From Scyliorhinus canicula (Eukaryota), in assembly GCF_902713615.1 (NCBI RefSeq), contig NC_052154.1:68902096-68966095 (forward strand): DNA of 64,000 nt, written 5' to 3'. The notes under the pieces were generated by a model. It ran no database searches, was not told where the DNA came from, and saw only the letters and a program-made list of their open reading frames with translations. Position 1 is the stretch's first letter. Each line of letters begins with the position of its first letter. Positions 1-12,669 of this stretch are shown here, piece by piece. The translations under genes were made by a program, and so were the position numbers.

Positions 1-511
1 ATTAAAGCCTAGACCCGTTCCTGCTATAGTAGGTCCAGCTCCATAACCTAATGTTAGGCCACCTGGTAATAAAACATTGCTATAATCTCAGGGATAAGCC
101 AGCCCTTCTTCAGGATACTTGCCTGTTGCAATCTAGAATAGATATAGAAGTAATGAAAGGTTGTCTTGAGCAGAAGAAAGGAGATTGCCTTTAAGAACAT
201 TGCCTAGATTTTACAGGCAGTGGTGAAGGATTCACCATTCCTCATGCTTACAGCTCCCCGCAGCCTTTTGTGGGCTTCCGAGCAGCAGTTTGATAGAAGT
301 ATTCAAAATCATGAGGGATTTGGACACAGTAGCTGGGGAGAAACTTGTTCCCACTCATGAACATATCGAGAACGATAAGGCACACATTTAAAACACTTGG
401 GCAAAAGCAACATGATGAAAAACTTAACGTAAGTTGTTAAGGTCCAGAATGCACTGTCTGAGAGTTTGGTGAAGACAAGTTCACTGAAACATTCAAAAGG
501 GAATTGGACTG

Positions 512-1152
512 TGTCATGGGAGTGTCCCTTTAAGAAAAGTTTTTGTCTTGTCACATGGTTTCAGTGATGTTATTGTGTGGGTGGAGCTGGGCTGTGGCTC
601 TCTTGAGTTTTACTTTCACTTTGAGTTTGGACTGGTTTGAACTGCAAAGGTAGAAAGAAGTGTTTTTCTCTATCTTAATTTTAAAAGCTGTTCCAGACTG
701 CTTGGTAACTTAAAAGAGATCATTGCTTTCTGGAAGGAATTCAAATCTGCTGTTTGAAAAGGGGAATAGAGTATCAATAACAAGTCTTATACCAGTGAGA
801 GTGCCATGTGCTGAGCCACACCTTTGAAAAGGAGTTTCTGGTTTTACTTGGATTTTGTTATTGAACTGGAACAGTTACGGTGGTACTCATTAAGCATTAT
901 ACATAGATTACTGTAGCTGTGTCGTGTATTTATGTTTGTAATTGATAAAAATTCTTGCTGTGTGTGTTTATACAAATGTTAACTAAACTCTTAGAATAAA
1001 GCTTTTTTTTATTAAAAGCATCTAAGAAGTCCGTTGAATAACACCTGAAAGGCAGGCTCTTGTGCTCATCCTAGCCAAATTCAACAAAAAGTTATAGATC
1101 AGGTGACCTCCATAATATACTTTGGAGTTTTTTAAAACCCTGGCCCATAACA
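512..1152 (+). mobile_element. Solo LTR inserted into a CR1 3' fragment
   Basis: TGTCATG...CATAACA termini and internal AATAAA. Ends are homologous to 11669-12247 (ctttaagaaa; ccctggcccataaca). No TSD visible. Confidence 0.65.
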
Positions 1153-2066
1153 AGGGTTATCCAAAAAGAAAGAATGTGCAGGGTTACGAGGAGAAGGCGG
1201 GGGAATTGCACTCTGTGAATTGCTCATTCGGAGAGCTGGTGTATACACCATCAGATGAATGGCCTTCCTCTGCGCTGTAACAATTTTGTATTTTCTGGCT
1301 CCTCAGTGTAGCATTTTCAGTCCAGTGCCACATCCTCAACAGGGTGCTTGTAGCATGTATGAGCATGGTAAGCAATAGTGTGGCTCTTTAACCAATCAGA
1401 TTTTAAAATCCTCACTGAGTCACCAATCTTGTCCAAACCAGGAAGTATATATTAGAATACTTAGTTCATAATAAAAATCATGTTCAGAAAGTGAAATAAA
1501 GGGAGCGAAAGAAAGTAATTCCTCAGAAATGCCTTGATATTTTATTATGTGAAAGGTGCTAAAAATACAAGTTGTAGTTAAGTGACAGAAAGAGAAAATA
1601 AAGATTTTAAAAAAATTTTTGCAATGTACAAAATGATTAAATTATGAAGAAAAGAGACTCCACACTGGTAAAAACAAAATTTCAGTGCCAGTGAGGTTAT
1701 TTGGCAGTAATTAAGATTGACCATAGCACTAAAAATTCAGTTATGCGTAAATGCATCAGTCCTATCTTTTGCTGGCATGTTTAGTAAATTAGTAGATAAG
1801 AACTGAAATCTCCGGTCCTTACATGGATTTCAATCCAGAATCTACTAGCAAGGTACTGGTGTAGCAAAGCTTGTGGCAGAGCAGGGCAAAGCAGACAGCA
1901 ACTTCTTGATTTCTGTGGTTAACCGCAGACGTGCGGACTCGGGAAGTTGTTTTCTAATTTACCCCATAACAGTTGTTCCAGAAAGCCTCAGTATTATTCT
2001 TCATGGTAAATCTGGACCATAACTTTTCTGACTAAGAACAATATCTCATTAATAATACGTCTCACA

Positions 2067-3655
2067 GACTTCCGGTAGCACCCTCGAGGAGGCAGGTCGC
2101 AGGTCGGATCGCTCCCGCCCGCGATCGGCAAACAGACCTTTGTTAACGGACATATTTTGGGACCTGGCAGCCTGAATCGGTGGAGGAGACGATAGGGAAG
2201 AGGCTTCCTTTCCGGGGTATGGGCAGCTGGACTAGAAGTGGTTGAGTGGAGCGGCAAGGATCGAAGCGGAAGCAGCGGGGACCCAAGGCCGGGCGGCCAA
2301 GCATGGCGGACGGCGGGGACCGGGGAGCGGAGGCTCACTGGCCAAGGGAGGAGCAGACGGAGTTCTTCAAGAACTGCTTCGCCGAGCTGAGGGGGGACAC
2401 GCTGGACCCGATGAGAGCGGTGATGGACCGAATGGTCGAGACACAGGCGATCCAAGGGAAGGCACTCAGGGAGGTCGAGGCGAAGCTCTCCAGCCAGGCG
2501 GGCACGATAACGGAGCTGGAGCACGAGGTGGAGGAGCTGAACGCCCGTCAGAGGAGGATGCAGGAGCAGCTTGAAGAGCTGGGGAACAGAGCCAGGTTGC
2601 AGAATTTATGAATCATTGGCCTCCCCCTGCGAGGGGTCAGATGTGGGCGCATACGTGACAGGTATGCTTGAGGCGCTGATGGGACTGGAGGCCTTCCCCC
2701 AACCCCTGGAGTTGGATGGGGCACATAGAGCCCCCGCAAGGAAGTCCAGGACGGGACCCGACCGAGGGCCTTGGTGGTCCGCTTTCACCGGCTTGCTGAC
2801 AGGGAACGTGTGCTGCGATGGGCCAAGGCGGAGAGGAGCAGCAGATGGGAGAACTGCGAGGTGCGCATTTACCAGGACTTGGGAACGGAGCTGGCCAAGA
2901 GGTGTGCAGGATTCATCAAGGTAAAGGCAGCTCTCTACAAAAAGGAGGTGAGGTTTGGAATGCTGTATCCTGCAAAGCTCTGGGTTACGTTTGAGGAACT
3001 CCACTACTATTTTGAGACACCAGAACAGGTTTGGACCTTTATTAAAGATAAGAAGCTGGACTTGAACTAATGGGCGCTTGGTTCTTTCAGTGCTGTACAG
3101 TGGCGGCGGCCTGTTAACCCAAAATTGCTCTGATTAGGTGTGGACTTTTATTAAAAGAAGAAGCTGGACTGGAACTAAAGGACTTTGGGCTCTCAGAGCT
3201 TTTGTATGGCGGCGGTTTGTTAAACTATCCTGTACTGTAATGTTTTATCCAAGATTGTTTTCAGCCTGGACAGAGAGTGGGGCCTGGAGGGCTAACTGTT
3301 TAGGGTGTTTTGGGGGGATTGCAATGGGGGGGGGGGGGGGGGGGGCCTGCAAAGGGGGCCCTGCACTTGGTACCTTTTGGCAGGAGATCTGATACGGGGG
3401 ATGGGCTAGGGGCTGGTTACGGGACTTGAAAGGGCACGGTGGGATACGATTAGGTTAATGGGTCCCTGGCGTGTGGGGGGAGGGCCCGAGCGCTGGGACG
3501 GGAGACAGGTAGGCGCTAAGGGCAGGGGTCAGTGTGGCTAGCGTAGGTCAGGGGGCACCAGGGAGAGTCGGAGGTGGGGCGGGCTAGGGCCAAGCGCAGG
3601 GCTGACCTGGCAGGTCAGGCCTTGGGGGGGCAGGGGAGGCCTGGGGGGTGGGGGG

Positions 3656-3686
<31 letters not shown>

Positions 3687-3894
3687 AGGGTTAGGGCCAC
3701 GTTAGTTTAGTTGAATATGTGAGGCATGGGAAAACAGAGCTGGCAGGGGAAGTGCCTTATTAACATGTTTATTCTTTCCCACTGTTCGTTTTCACTATGT
3801 TAAGGCACTTTGCACAGGGCCATTTTTCTCTCTGTAACTGTTACAAATTTGTGTTAAATAAAAAACTTAAAAAATAAAAATTTAAAAAAATAAA
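2067..3894 (+). mobile_element. ORF1-only (HAL1-like) L1/Tx1 non-autonomous retrotransposon; decayed ORF1 ~2219-3070
   Basis: Starts GACTTCCGG, L1-type ORF1 (coiled coil, RLQNL, GAHR, VRIYQDL, RFGMLYPAKLWVT), no ORF2, A-rich tail, perfect 16-bp TSD AATAATACGTCTCACA at 2051-2066 and 3895-3910. Confidence 0.85.
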
Positions 3895-4033
3895 AATAAT
3901 ACGTCTCACAAGCAGACAGCTTGGAAAATAATGATAGACTCAACAAATCCTGGTGTCTAAGCAATAAATGTCCAAACAAAGGCAGAGTTTTTGTGTGAAA
4001 AAAGCACAAACTCTAGTGACCATATCAGAGAAA

Positions 4034-4087
4034 GATGTGGAGATGCCGGTGTTGGACTGGGGTGAGCACAGTAAGAAGTCTTACAAC
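4034..4087 (-). mobile_element. 54-bp Penelope-like element 3' fragment
   Basis: Reverse complement of the ...ccccagtccaacaccggcatctccacatc end also seen near 51980-52016. 15-bp direct repeat ACCATATCAGAGAAA at 4019-4033 and 4088-4102. Confidence 0.65.
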
Positions 4088-4400
4088 ACCATATCAGAGA
4101 AAAGCATTAAGAATTTTACAGGCCCAAAAGTAAATTTAATTGTCAAAGTCTTTACAAAAGCTTTGACACTTTTTATGGATTATGACAGCATAATCAGAGG
4201 TCCAGATCACTTTTGAAGGCTTTGAATTTTACAATGTTATAGGAAGCAGATAGAAACATCACTGAAAGTAATACTGAGTGGAATCTCTAACTCTAATAAA
4301 CATTATTTTAGGCGTTGCTCGAACAAATTCCCATTGTTACATCAGCTACTCTTTCATTAAATGATAAAATTAAACAGGTAATAATGGAGGGTGTCCATAC

Positions 4401-4540
4401 CTGAGAGAACCAAGCTGATGTCCGGCCTGCTTTGTAGAGCACGTTTAGCAGCTTTTGGCTGGTGAGCTAGCAACACTACAGCATCTTTAGTACTGCAACC
4501 ATCCAATGCTTTCTTTAAGTCCATACCATGTCCAGGATAC
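4401..4540 (-). CDS. TMPPE: TMPPE coding exon 4
   Basis: atgtAG|G TAT CCT encodes [48 protein letters not shown]. 140 nt, donor G|GTATGG, phase consistent with exon 3. The GHTH-containing exon was not found and is presumably left of the window. Confidence 0.92.
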
Positions 4541-5073
4541 CTACATGGAAAACAGCATCAGTCAGGCTATGAGTTTATGAGGAAGTGGTCAATATTACAC
4601 GGGTGGAATGATCTAGCCTGTTCCTTTCGTGTTCCCATTTCTATAGCAGGATGTAGAGAGAGATGGAGTTTGTTCATCGTCTCTCAGCTCATTCAGAGCC
4701 AGTTCCACGCTGTTCACTTTCAAGTTCTTTTGAAATACTAAATGTCATATCTCATTATGCCAAGGAGTTTCTAGCAGACCATCTGGGACCATACAGACCA
4801 TTTGCAAAAGGAGCTACAGAAACGCTATTTGCATTTGATAAGCCAACCTCGACAATGGCTTCCCAAACACTAGATCCTTAACATGAATGGCATCCCTTTC
4901 AACCCATAATGGCTGAGACACTATCAGTCCAGAAAACAAAGCCAAATTCTAGACACTGGAAAAACATCCTTTGTTGAAGTCACTGTGGCGAAGGAAGGTC
5001 ACATGATTCAAGATTCTGGACTTTTGAGCAGTTTAATATTACTTTTATGAGCTGTGCAGCCAGTTTACTATTT

Positions 5074-5298
5074 TTAAAAAAAATTTAGAGTACCCAATTA
5101 TTTTTTTCCAATTAAAAGCAATTTAGCATGGCCAATCCACCTAGCCTGCACATCTTTTTGGGTTGTGGGGGTGAAACCCACGCAATCACGGGGAGAATGT
5201 GCAAACTGCACATGGACAGTGACCCAGAGCCGGGATCGAATCTGGGACCTCAAGCGCCATGAGGCAGCAGTGCTAACCACTGCGTCACCGTGCTGCCC
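5074..5298 (-). mobile_element. Short poly(A)-tailed HE1-like tRNA-derived SINE
   Basis: GGGCAGCACGG head with A/B boxes, V-domain-like core, A-rich tail, ~14-bp TSD ccagtttact(a/g)ttt. Confidence 0.85.
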
Positions 5299-6905
5299 TC
5301 CAGTTTACTGTTTAACATCCTGATGGCAGGCCACACAGAAGCAAGCTCTGTCTAGTTTGGACCACCTGCCCACCTGACCTGACTTTGCTGGAACCTTTTG
5401 TCTCATTGGCTACAGAACCGACACAATTGCTGCATGCCCACTTCATCTTCATCCACTTCAAAAGCGAATCTTACAACACCGGCCCCCAGCAGCCGACCAC
5501 CGAATGCCTCTGTGAAAGACATCCTCATTTTACTCGGAAACTAATGTTTCCCATGTTCATTTTCTCTTGTGTCCTTATATTGCAGACATCCTTTTTTCTC
5601 TCCCTTCCTTTACTGTATGAATGCAGATTGAAACATTGTGGGCACTTCTTCTCGCGGGTTTTGAATGTGTGATACGAATTAATCTTCTGAGTTAAATCCA
5701 ATTTACATTTTCTGTGGGATTGTTTGTGAAATTGGATCACACAAAAACCGAGGGATTGGGAGGTATACCACCCACCCCTTATTATTAGAAAAAAATTCAA
5801 TCTCCTTCTGTTTCTGGGCAATCATTATTTTAAAACTGCCAAAAAATATTGCCCATATCAATCACTGACTGGTCCAGAGAAAAGTAAAGTCTTTCTCCTG
5901 ATTTCATGGTAAAATGACAGCTTTCCAAACCACTTTCAAGAAAACAGTGTTTTCGGGCCTTCTTGAATGCTAAATGACATGTTCTTACTCCTACATTATT
6001 TATTAACATCTCTTTCTCTCCTTCCCGCCAATATTCTTCCCACCACCACCACAAACCATTCAGATGTGGAACTAGGAAGTCCGACAATGTCCCACAGACT
6101 GATATCACCACTGCTCCGAATGGATTCCTGGTGGAGACGATTTACACTGCATGGGGTTATATTCCCCATTCTCTCAAGCCATTATTTAATTTAATGCCAT
6201 GACAGATCTAAAACTCAACAGGCTGGGGAAATTAAACCTGCATCCAAATATCTCACAGCCAGGGAAGCACTCTGGCATTATATCATATAGCCCTATGATG
6301 CGGATCTGATTTGCAGGTTGGGAATTAGTGCTAGCGGCCGGGGTTCCCCCTTCCCAATGTTGGGTTCTTCGATTGGGCACTGAGCATCTGTCAATTAGGG
6401 ATATCATACCCCCCCCACCCCCCACAATGAGGCCATAGGAAAACCAGACAAGGGCTTGCTGGGCAACCTTCGGGAGCCACTGGAAACCTGTAAAATCTCT
6501 GACCCTCCACTAAATTCCAATGGGCTCAGGGACAATTGGTGTCAAGAGGCTCATTAATGAGCTTAACAGACATCATACTGGCAGCAGGGATTTCCACACC
6601 AGGCCCTTACCGCCCCCAACCTAACTGAGGACTGTTTCTTAATGCCAGAAATCAGACAGGAGAACTCCCTCCCAATTCTCTCCGGTCGCCGTCCCCACCC
6701 TGCTATCAAGCCTGCTCTGGTGAGCTCAATTAAATTCTCCTCCATATTTTTAATTAAATGTTATCACATAGTTTCAGCAGTTACCTGCTTCTTCTTTAAA
6801 AATGAATTTAGAGTATCCAATTCATTTTTTTTTCCAATTAAGGGGCAATTTAGCGTGGCCAATTCACCTAACCTGCACATCCTTTTGGGTTGTGGGGTTG
6901 AGACT

Positions 6906-9900
6906 TGTAGTAATCCACGGGAGGCAGGAGTTCCGTCACCACACCAATATTTATTTACAATAACGATATTACAGGAGCAGCTACAAACAGTGCTGCTAGC
7001 AGTCCAGTCAACTTAAGACTGGCTCACAAAGCCCACACAGGTGATTCTATGGGCCCCCTCAATGAGCTATCATTGAGGGAGCTCATACTCCAATTGGCCA
7101 ACCAATAAAGCCAATTAGAGTTCATTACACCCCTCGCCCCAAGGTCCGAGGAATTCCTGCCAGCTGGCATTCCTCTGAGCTTCTTCCTGCTCCTCATGTC
7201 TGGGTCTGTCACCTCTGTGTCGTCCGCCGGGTCGTTCTCCGAAGTGGGCGGGGTGTACCTTATAGGTGCCCGTCTTTTCCTTGACGACCTCCTTGGAAGT
7301 TGTTCTTCCTCCTCCTCGGGGAGAGGTGTCGCGGCGGCCTCGTCGAGTGTGTCCATCTCCGACTCTGATGACTGGATGATGGGGTCTGGAGAAATTGCTC
7401 GGGGCTGGGGTGTGGGTATCCTTTCCGTTTGGGCTATACCAGCTTGAGGCGGTCCTGCTTCGCCTGCGTCCAGGTGTGGTTCCGCTGCCCTTATTTGGTC
7501 TAGGTGTTTCTTCAGCACCTTACCTCCTATTGAAACCTCATAGGATATGGGCCCTGTTTGGGACTCTACCGTGCCTTTGACCCACGTTGGTACATTCCCA
7601 TAATTCTTGACCCAAACCAGTGCCCCCACCTAGAAATGTCTCTGCTGCCGACTATTATCATGCCCCCTGCGTTGGGCCTCCTGATGTTTCTCCACTTTCC
7701 CCGTTAAATTTGGGAAAAGGAGACTCAGCCTCGTTCGCAGCCGCCTTCCCAATAAGAGTTCAGCTGGCAGTATGCCCGTTGTGGAATGCGGTGTGGTCCT
7801 GTAATCAAACAGCCAGCGGGAGAGCTTTGTGTCTATTGACGCTACCGGCTGCTTCTTGAGTCCCGCTTTAAGTGTCTGGACCGCTCTCTCTGCCAGGCCG
7901 TTGGTCGCTGGATGGTAAGGGGCCGTTTTGATGTGACGGACTCCGTTTTCCTGCAGGAATTTTCCAAATTCCCCACTTGTGAATGCCGTTCCGTTGTCCG
8001 ACACCAATACCTCCAGAAGTCCATGTGTTGCAAACGAGGCCCTGAGTTTTTCAATTGTCGATGCTGTGCTTGCCGTGTTTACCCGGTGGACGTCCAACCA
8101 TTTGGAGTGGGCGTCCACTATCACCAAAAACATTGAGCCCATGAAAGGGCCGGCGTGGTCAATATGCAGGCGAGTCCACGGTCTGCCTGGCCATTCCCAC
8201 GGGTGCAATGGCGCCGCTGGTGGCACTCTTTGCCCCTGTTGGCACTCCTGGCACCGATGTACCAAGGCTGCTATGTCTGTGTCCAAACCTGGCCACCAAA
8301 CGTAGCTTCGAGCTAGCATCTTCATTTTAGACACCCCTGGGTGTCCGAGATGTAACTCAGTGAAGATTGCCCTACGGCCCTGAGCTGGGACGATTACCCG
8401 GGCTCCCCATAATAGGATACCGTCTTCTCGGTTATTTGGTCCCTTCTGCTCCAGTATGGGTGCATCTGGGGCTCCACTGGTCTTTCCAGTTCCCCTGTTA
8501 GCAGTAAATGCTTCATCTTGGCTAAAACTGGGTCTTTTTGCGTCCACAACCGAATATGCTGTGCGTCTACTGGTAGGCTGTCCAAAAGATTTAGAGTCAT
8601 TACTGTCTCCTCTACTTTTGGTATTTGCGGTGGAGTGTCCGGGAGGGGAAGTCTGCTCAAAGCATCTGCATGTGCTACTCGCATTCCCGGTCTGTGCTCC
8701 AGAACTATCTATACGCCGCTAGTAGCAACGCCCAGCGTTGGATTCTAGCTGATGCAATCGGGGGTATTGACTTGTCTTCTTTTAATAACCCTAATAACGG
8801 CTTATGGTCCGTCACTATGGTGAATTTCCGCCCATACAGATACTGGTGAAATTTTTTTTACTGCGAATATCACCGCCAGTCCTTCCTTCTCGATTTGGGC
8901 GTACTTCCTCTCAGCCATCGCCAAGGTCCTCGAAGCATAGGCTATTGGCCGTTCTTCCCCATTCCTTCCTCTATGGGCTAAGACGGCTCCTACCCCATAG
9001 GGGGATGCATCACAAGTGACCATCAACTCCTTCCTTGGATCATAATGCTCTTGGACATTTTTGGATGACAGCTGTTCCTTAATGTCCCTAAATGCTCGGT
9101 TTTGGCGGGTGGACCATTTCCATTCTTGCCCCTTTTTTAGTAGCTGGTGGAGGGGTTCTAGGATGGACGCCCTATTTTCAATAAATTTTCCATAATAGGT
9201 GACCAACCCTAGAAATGATCGTAACTCCTGGACCGTGGTGGGAGCTGGGGCTTCTTTTTTTGCCCTTACTCTGTCTTCTAATGGATGCAAGCCTGACTCA
9301 TCTACTTTATATCCCAGGTACGTCACTTGTGGGGCCAGAAAAACACATTTTTCCCTTTTTAGCCGTACGCCTGCCTTTGCGAAACGCCTGAGAACTTCCT
9401 CCAGGTTCCTTAAGTGTTCCCTGTTTGTCCGACCCGTGATTAAGACATCATCCAAATAAATCGCCACCTGCGGTAGTCCCTGCAGAATATTTTCCATCGT
9501 ACGCTGGAATATAGAGCAGGCTAATGACACTCCAAAAGGTAGCCTAGTATAACGAAAAAGTCCCTTCAGGGTGTTGATCGTAGCGAACTTCTGGGAGCCC
9601 TTGTCCAGTTTTAACTGCAGGTAGGCGTGGCTCATGTCTAGTTTCGTGAACAAAAGCCCACCTGCCAATTTGGCATGTAGGTCGTCTATTTTCGGGATTG
9701 GGTATTTGTCCAGCAGTGCGTATTTGTTTACTGTCTGTTTGAAATCTCCACAGAGACGTATCGAGCCGTCTGGCTTCAAAATTGGTACCACCGGCGCTGC
9801 CCATTCCGAGAATTGTACTGGTCTGATAATGCCGTCGCGTCATAACCTTTCTATTTCGTCATCTACTTTCTTCCTTAATGCAAAAGGTACCGGCCTGGCC

Positions 9901-11440
9901 TTACAAAATTTCGGAAGGGCTTCTGGGTCCACGTGCAAAGTTGCTTTGGCGCCTATGATTTCCCCCCAAACCTTCCTGGAAGACCTCCGGGTATTTTTGG
10001 AGTACTCCACTCAACTGCCCGCTTCCACTCGTCAACGGTAATCTGAGCAATTGTTTCTCATATTCCACAGGTACATGAGTCGTGCCTAGAACTTCCAGGG
10101 GTTCCCCCGTGTAGGTTTTAAGTTTCGTCGATGTTTTTGTTAGGGTTAGTGGCTGGAGTCCATCTTTGATTTTTCAAATGCTGCCACTCCCATTACTGAT
10201 ACGGCCGCACCCGTGTCTATTTCCATTATTGTCGGCCGCCCGTTCACCCGTGGGGTAATCCTAATAGGTTCTGCTTTCTTCGTTGTAATATTATATAATT
10301 GTTCCCCTTCGGAGGAGGATGGGGCGTCTAGGTTGTGTACTTCCCTGCGTCCCCACCTGCTATTCCTCTTTTGCCACCTCCTTCTAGGATTTCTGTCGTT
10401 GTTACCCCACTCTGTCTGGTGCCAGAAACGGTCCTTCTCTGTTGGGGGAGCCTCAGCCGCTACTTCCCTCTGTCTCCAGTTAGTCCTGGCAGACTTGGGG
10501 GCAGTTCTGGGGTTTTCCTTTTTCCCTCTATTCCTCAGGTTTTTCCTGAGAGCGGCTATCTGGTAGCAGGACCCGTTGTGGTAGTCCGTCTCACAGGTAT
10601 CTACCTCCATTGGCGTGCCCTGTAGTTCCTGCGCCCCACTTGCTGCCTTTTCTAGGGACAGTGCGAGCTGTAACGCCTGCCTGCAGTCTAGCTCCGTTTC
10701 CACCAACAGGCGTTTCTGTATTGTGAGGTTGTTTACACCACACACTAACCGGTCCCGAAGCATTTCATTTAGCGTCGGGCCGAATTCACATTTTTCCACC
10801 AGCCTTCTCAGGCGGGTCAAGAAATTCGTGACTGACTCCCTGTCTTCCCGCTTCGCTGTGTAGAATCTGTACCTACGCAAAATGAGGGGTGGTTTTGGGT
10901 CGTAGTGCTCTTTCACCAATTCCGTTACTTCTTGGAAAGTTTTCGTGTCCGGCACATCGGGATAAGTCAGACTACGTATAATGGCGAAAGAGGAGGGTCC
11001 GCACGCCGACAGCAGGATAAGCCGTCTCCTTTCATCCGTCAGTATATCATTTGCCCGGAAGAAGTAACACATTCTCTCCACATACTGGGACCAGTCCTCA
11101 ATAGCCGGGTCGAATGCCTCTAACCTCCCAAAAAACGGTATTTTAAAAATGGCAAGGCTTACCCTCCGAGTGCGGCAGCTGGTCTTCGCAAAATTCGTAG
11201 TTTACCTCGTCGCCACTGTAGTAATCCACGGGAGGCAGGAGTTCCGTCACCACACCAATATTTATTTACAATAACGATGTTACAGGAGCAGCTACAAACA
11301 GTGCTGCTAGCAGTCCAGTCAACTTAAGACTGACTCACAAAGCCTACACAGGTGATTATATGGGCCCCCTCAATGAGCTATCATTGAGGGAGCTCATACT
11401 CCAATTGGCCAACCAATAAAGCCAATTGGAGTTCATTACA
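6906..11440 (-). mobile_element. Full-length Ty3/Gypsy LTR retrotransposon (gag-pro-RT-RH-INT), disabled by frameshifts and a stop
   Basis: 224-bp LTRs at 6906-7129 and 11217-11440 (TG...CA, 5 mismatches), 5-bp TSD AGACT, PBS at 11205-11215, purine tract next to the 3' LTR. Protease EIDTGA, RT YLDD, RNase H CDAS, integrase HHCC and DDE are split over ORFs 10146-11081, 8802-9791, 8394-8684, 7630-8547 and 7024-7629. Confidence 0.96.
11205..11215 (-). other. Primer-binding site complementary to the 3' end of tRNA-Ser(GCU)
   Basis: TGGCGACGAGG lies one base after the 5' LTR. The plus strand reads CCTCGTCGCCA, the 3' end of vertebrate tRNA-Ser(GCU) including CCA. Confidence 0.75.
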
Positions 11441-11668
11441 AGACTGATGCAGACATGGGGAGAATGTGCAAACCCAACACGGGGCCGGGACCGAACCTCG
11501 GACCTCAGCATCGTGATGCAGCAGTGCTAACCATTGTGCCATCCGTTGAGGTTACCTGCTTCTACTAGATTTCTTTCTCTTAAATTATACTCATATTATT
11601 TTCAAAGTGCACACACTAAAAGTCCAGAATTCCCGGCCAAATTTAAAACTGAAATGTCCACCGTATTT

Positions 11669-12247
11669 TGTCATGAGAATATCACTTTAAGAAATGGTAG
11701 TCTGCTAAATTTACTGCAGTGATGTCAGAGTGTGGGTGGAGCCGAGCTCTGGCTCTGCTTTTTAGTTTCACTTTGAGAAAAGCTTGGGTGTGTCTGTGTT
11801 TTTTTTGGTTTCGTTTTAGTGCTGGAGCTGCAGCCAGCCAAAAAATGTGTAATGTTGTTCTCTCTGCCATGTAAAGACTATCTCTTGATCATTTGGTGAA
11901 TTCAGAGTGATAACTGTTCTCAGTAGTGAATTTAAACCTGATGTGCTTCTGTTTAAAGTTTTTTTTAAATGTCTTATGGATGTTAAAAGGAAAGTTTTAT
12001 TACTTAGAATGTTGTATTCTTTGGGGATTGTATTTGAATTGATGGTTGCTAAAATGTTCACTGTATGTTTTAAAAAGGTTAACTTGAGTTCATAGAATAA
12101 ACATTGCTTTTCTTTAAAAAAACACTTTTCGATTTCTGCTGTACCATACCTGTAGAGTGTTCTCCCCATACCACAATCTATTAAAAGTCATGGGTCAGGT
12201 GAACGCCATGATACACTTTGGGGTTCTCTGAACCCTGGCCCATAACA
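11669..12247 (+). mobile_element. Solo LTR
   Basis: TGTCATG...CATAACA termini, AATAAA, 4-bp TSD ATTT at 11665-11668 and 12248-12251. Related to 512-1152. Confidence 0.8.
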
Positions 12248-12451
12248 ATTTACACAGGTTTTCCTCGATTTGAAACAGCACCAAACTGCCTCTGAACTGA
12301 GCAGGAACCCCCCATGAATAGACTGGGGGCTACGGAGCCTCAACGCTAACCATACGTGTCTATGGCTGCAGCTAAAATTAAAGGCTCATCATGACTTTTG
12401 CCACTTTTCCATTTACTATTTTCACTCCAACCTGGAAAATAGCAGCACTTT

Positions 12452-12669
12452 AAAAAAAAAAGAGTACCCAATTCATTTTTTCCAATTAAGGGGCAATTTA
12501 GCGTGTTCAATCCACTTACCTTGCATATCTTTGGGTTGTGGGGGTGAAACCCACGCAAACACGGGGAGAATGTGCAAACTCCACACGGACAGTGACCCAG
12601 AGCCGGGATCGAACCTGGGACCTCGGCGCCGTGAGACTGCAGTGCTACCACTGCGCCACCGTGCTGCCC
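12452..12669 (-). mobile_element. Short poly(A)-tailed HE1-like SINE
   Basis: Same family as 5074-5298. 15-bp TSD AAATAGCAGCACTTT at 12437-12451 and 12670-12684. Confidence 0.87.

Larger units (their letters stand above)
6793..11550 (-). mobile_element. Short HE1-like SINE split by the Gypsy insertion (6793-6905 plus 11441-11550)
   Basis: The two halves join across the LTR element. 13-bp TSD GTTACCTGCTTCT at 6780-6792 and 11551-11563. Confidence 0.8.

Noticed and set aside
6200-6730. GC-richer segment with short palindromes (gctcattaatgagc), possibly an old MITE
   Set aside because: Could not define TIRs or a TSD.
512-12247. Two related co-oriented LTRs as the ends of one 11.7-kb element
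   Set aside because: The second has its own 4-bp TSD, the two are quite diverged, and a TMPPE exon lies between them.
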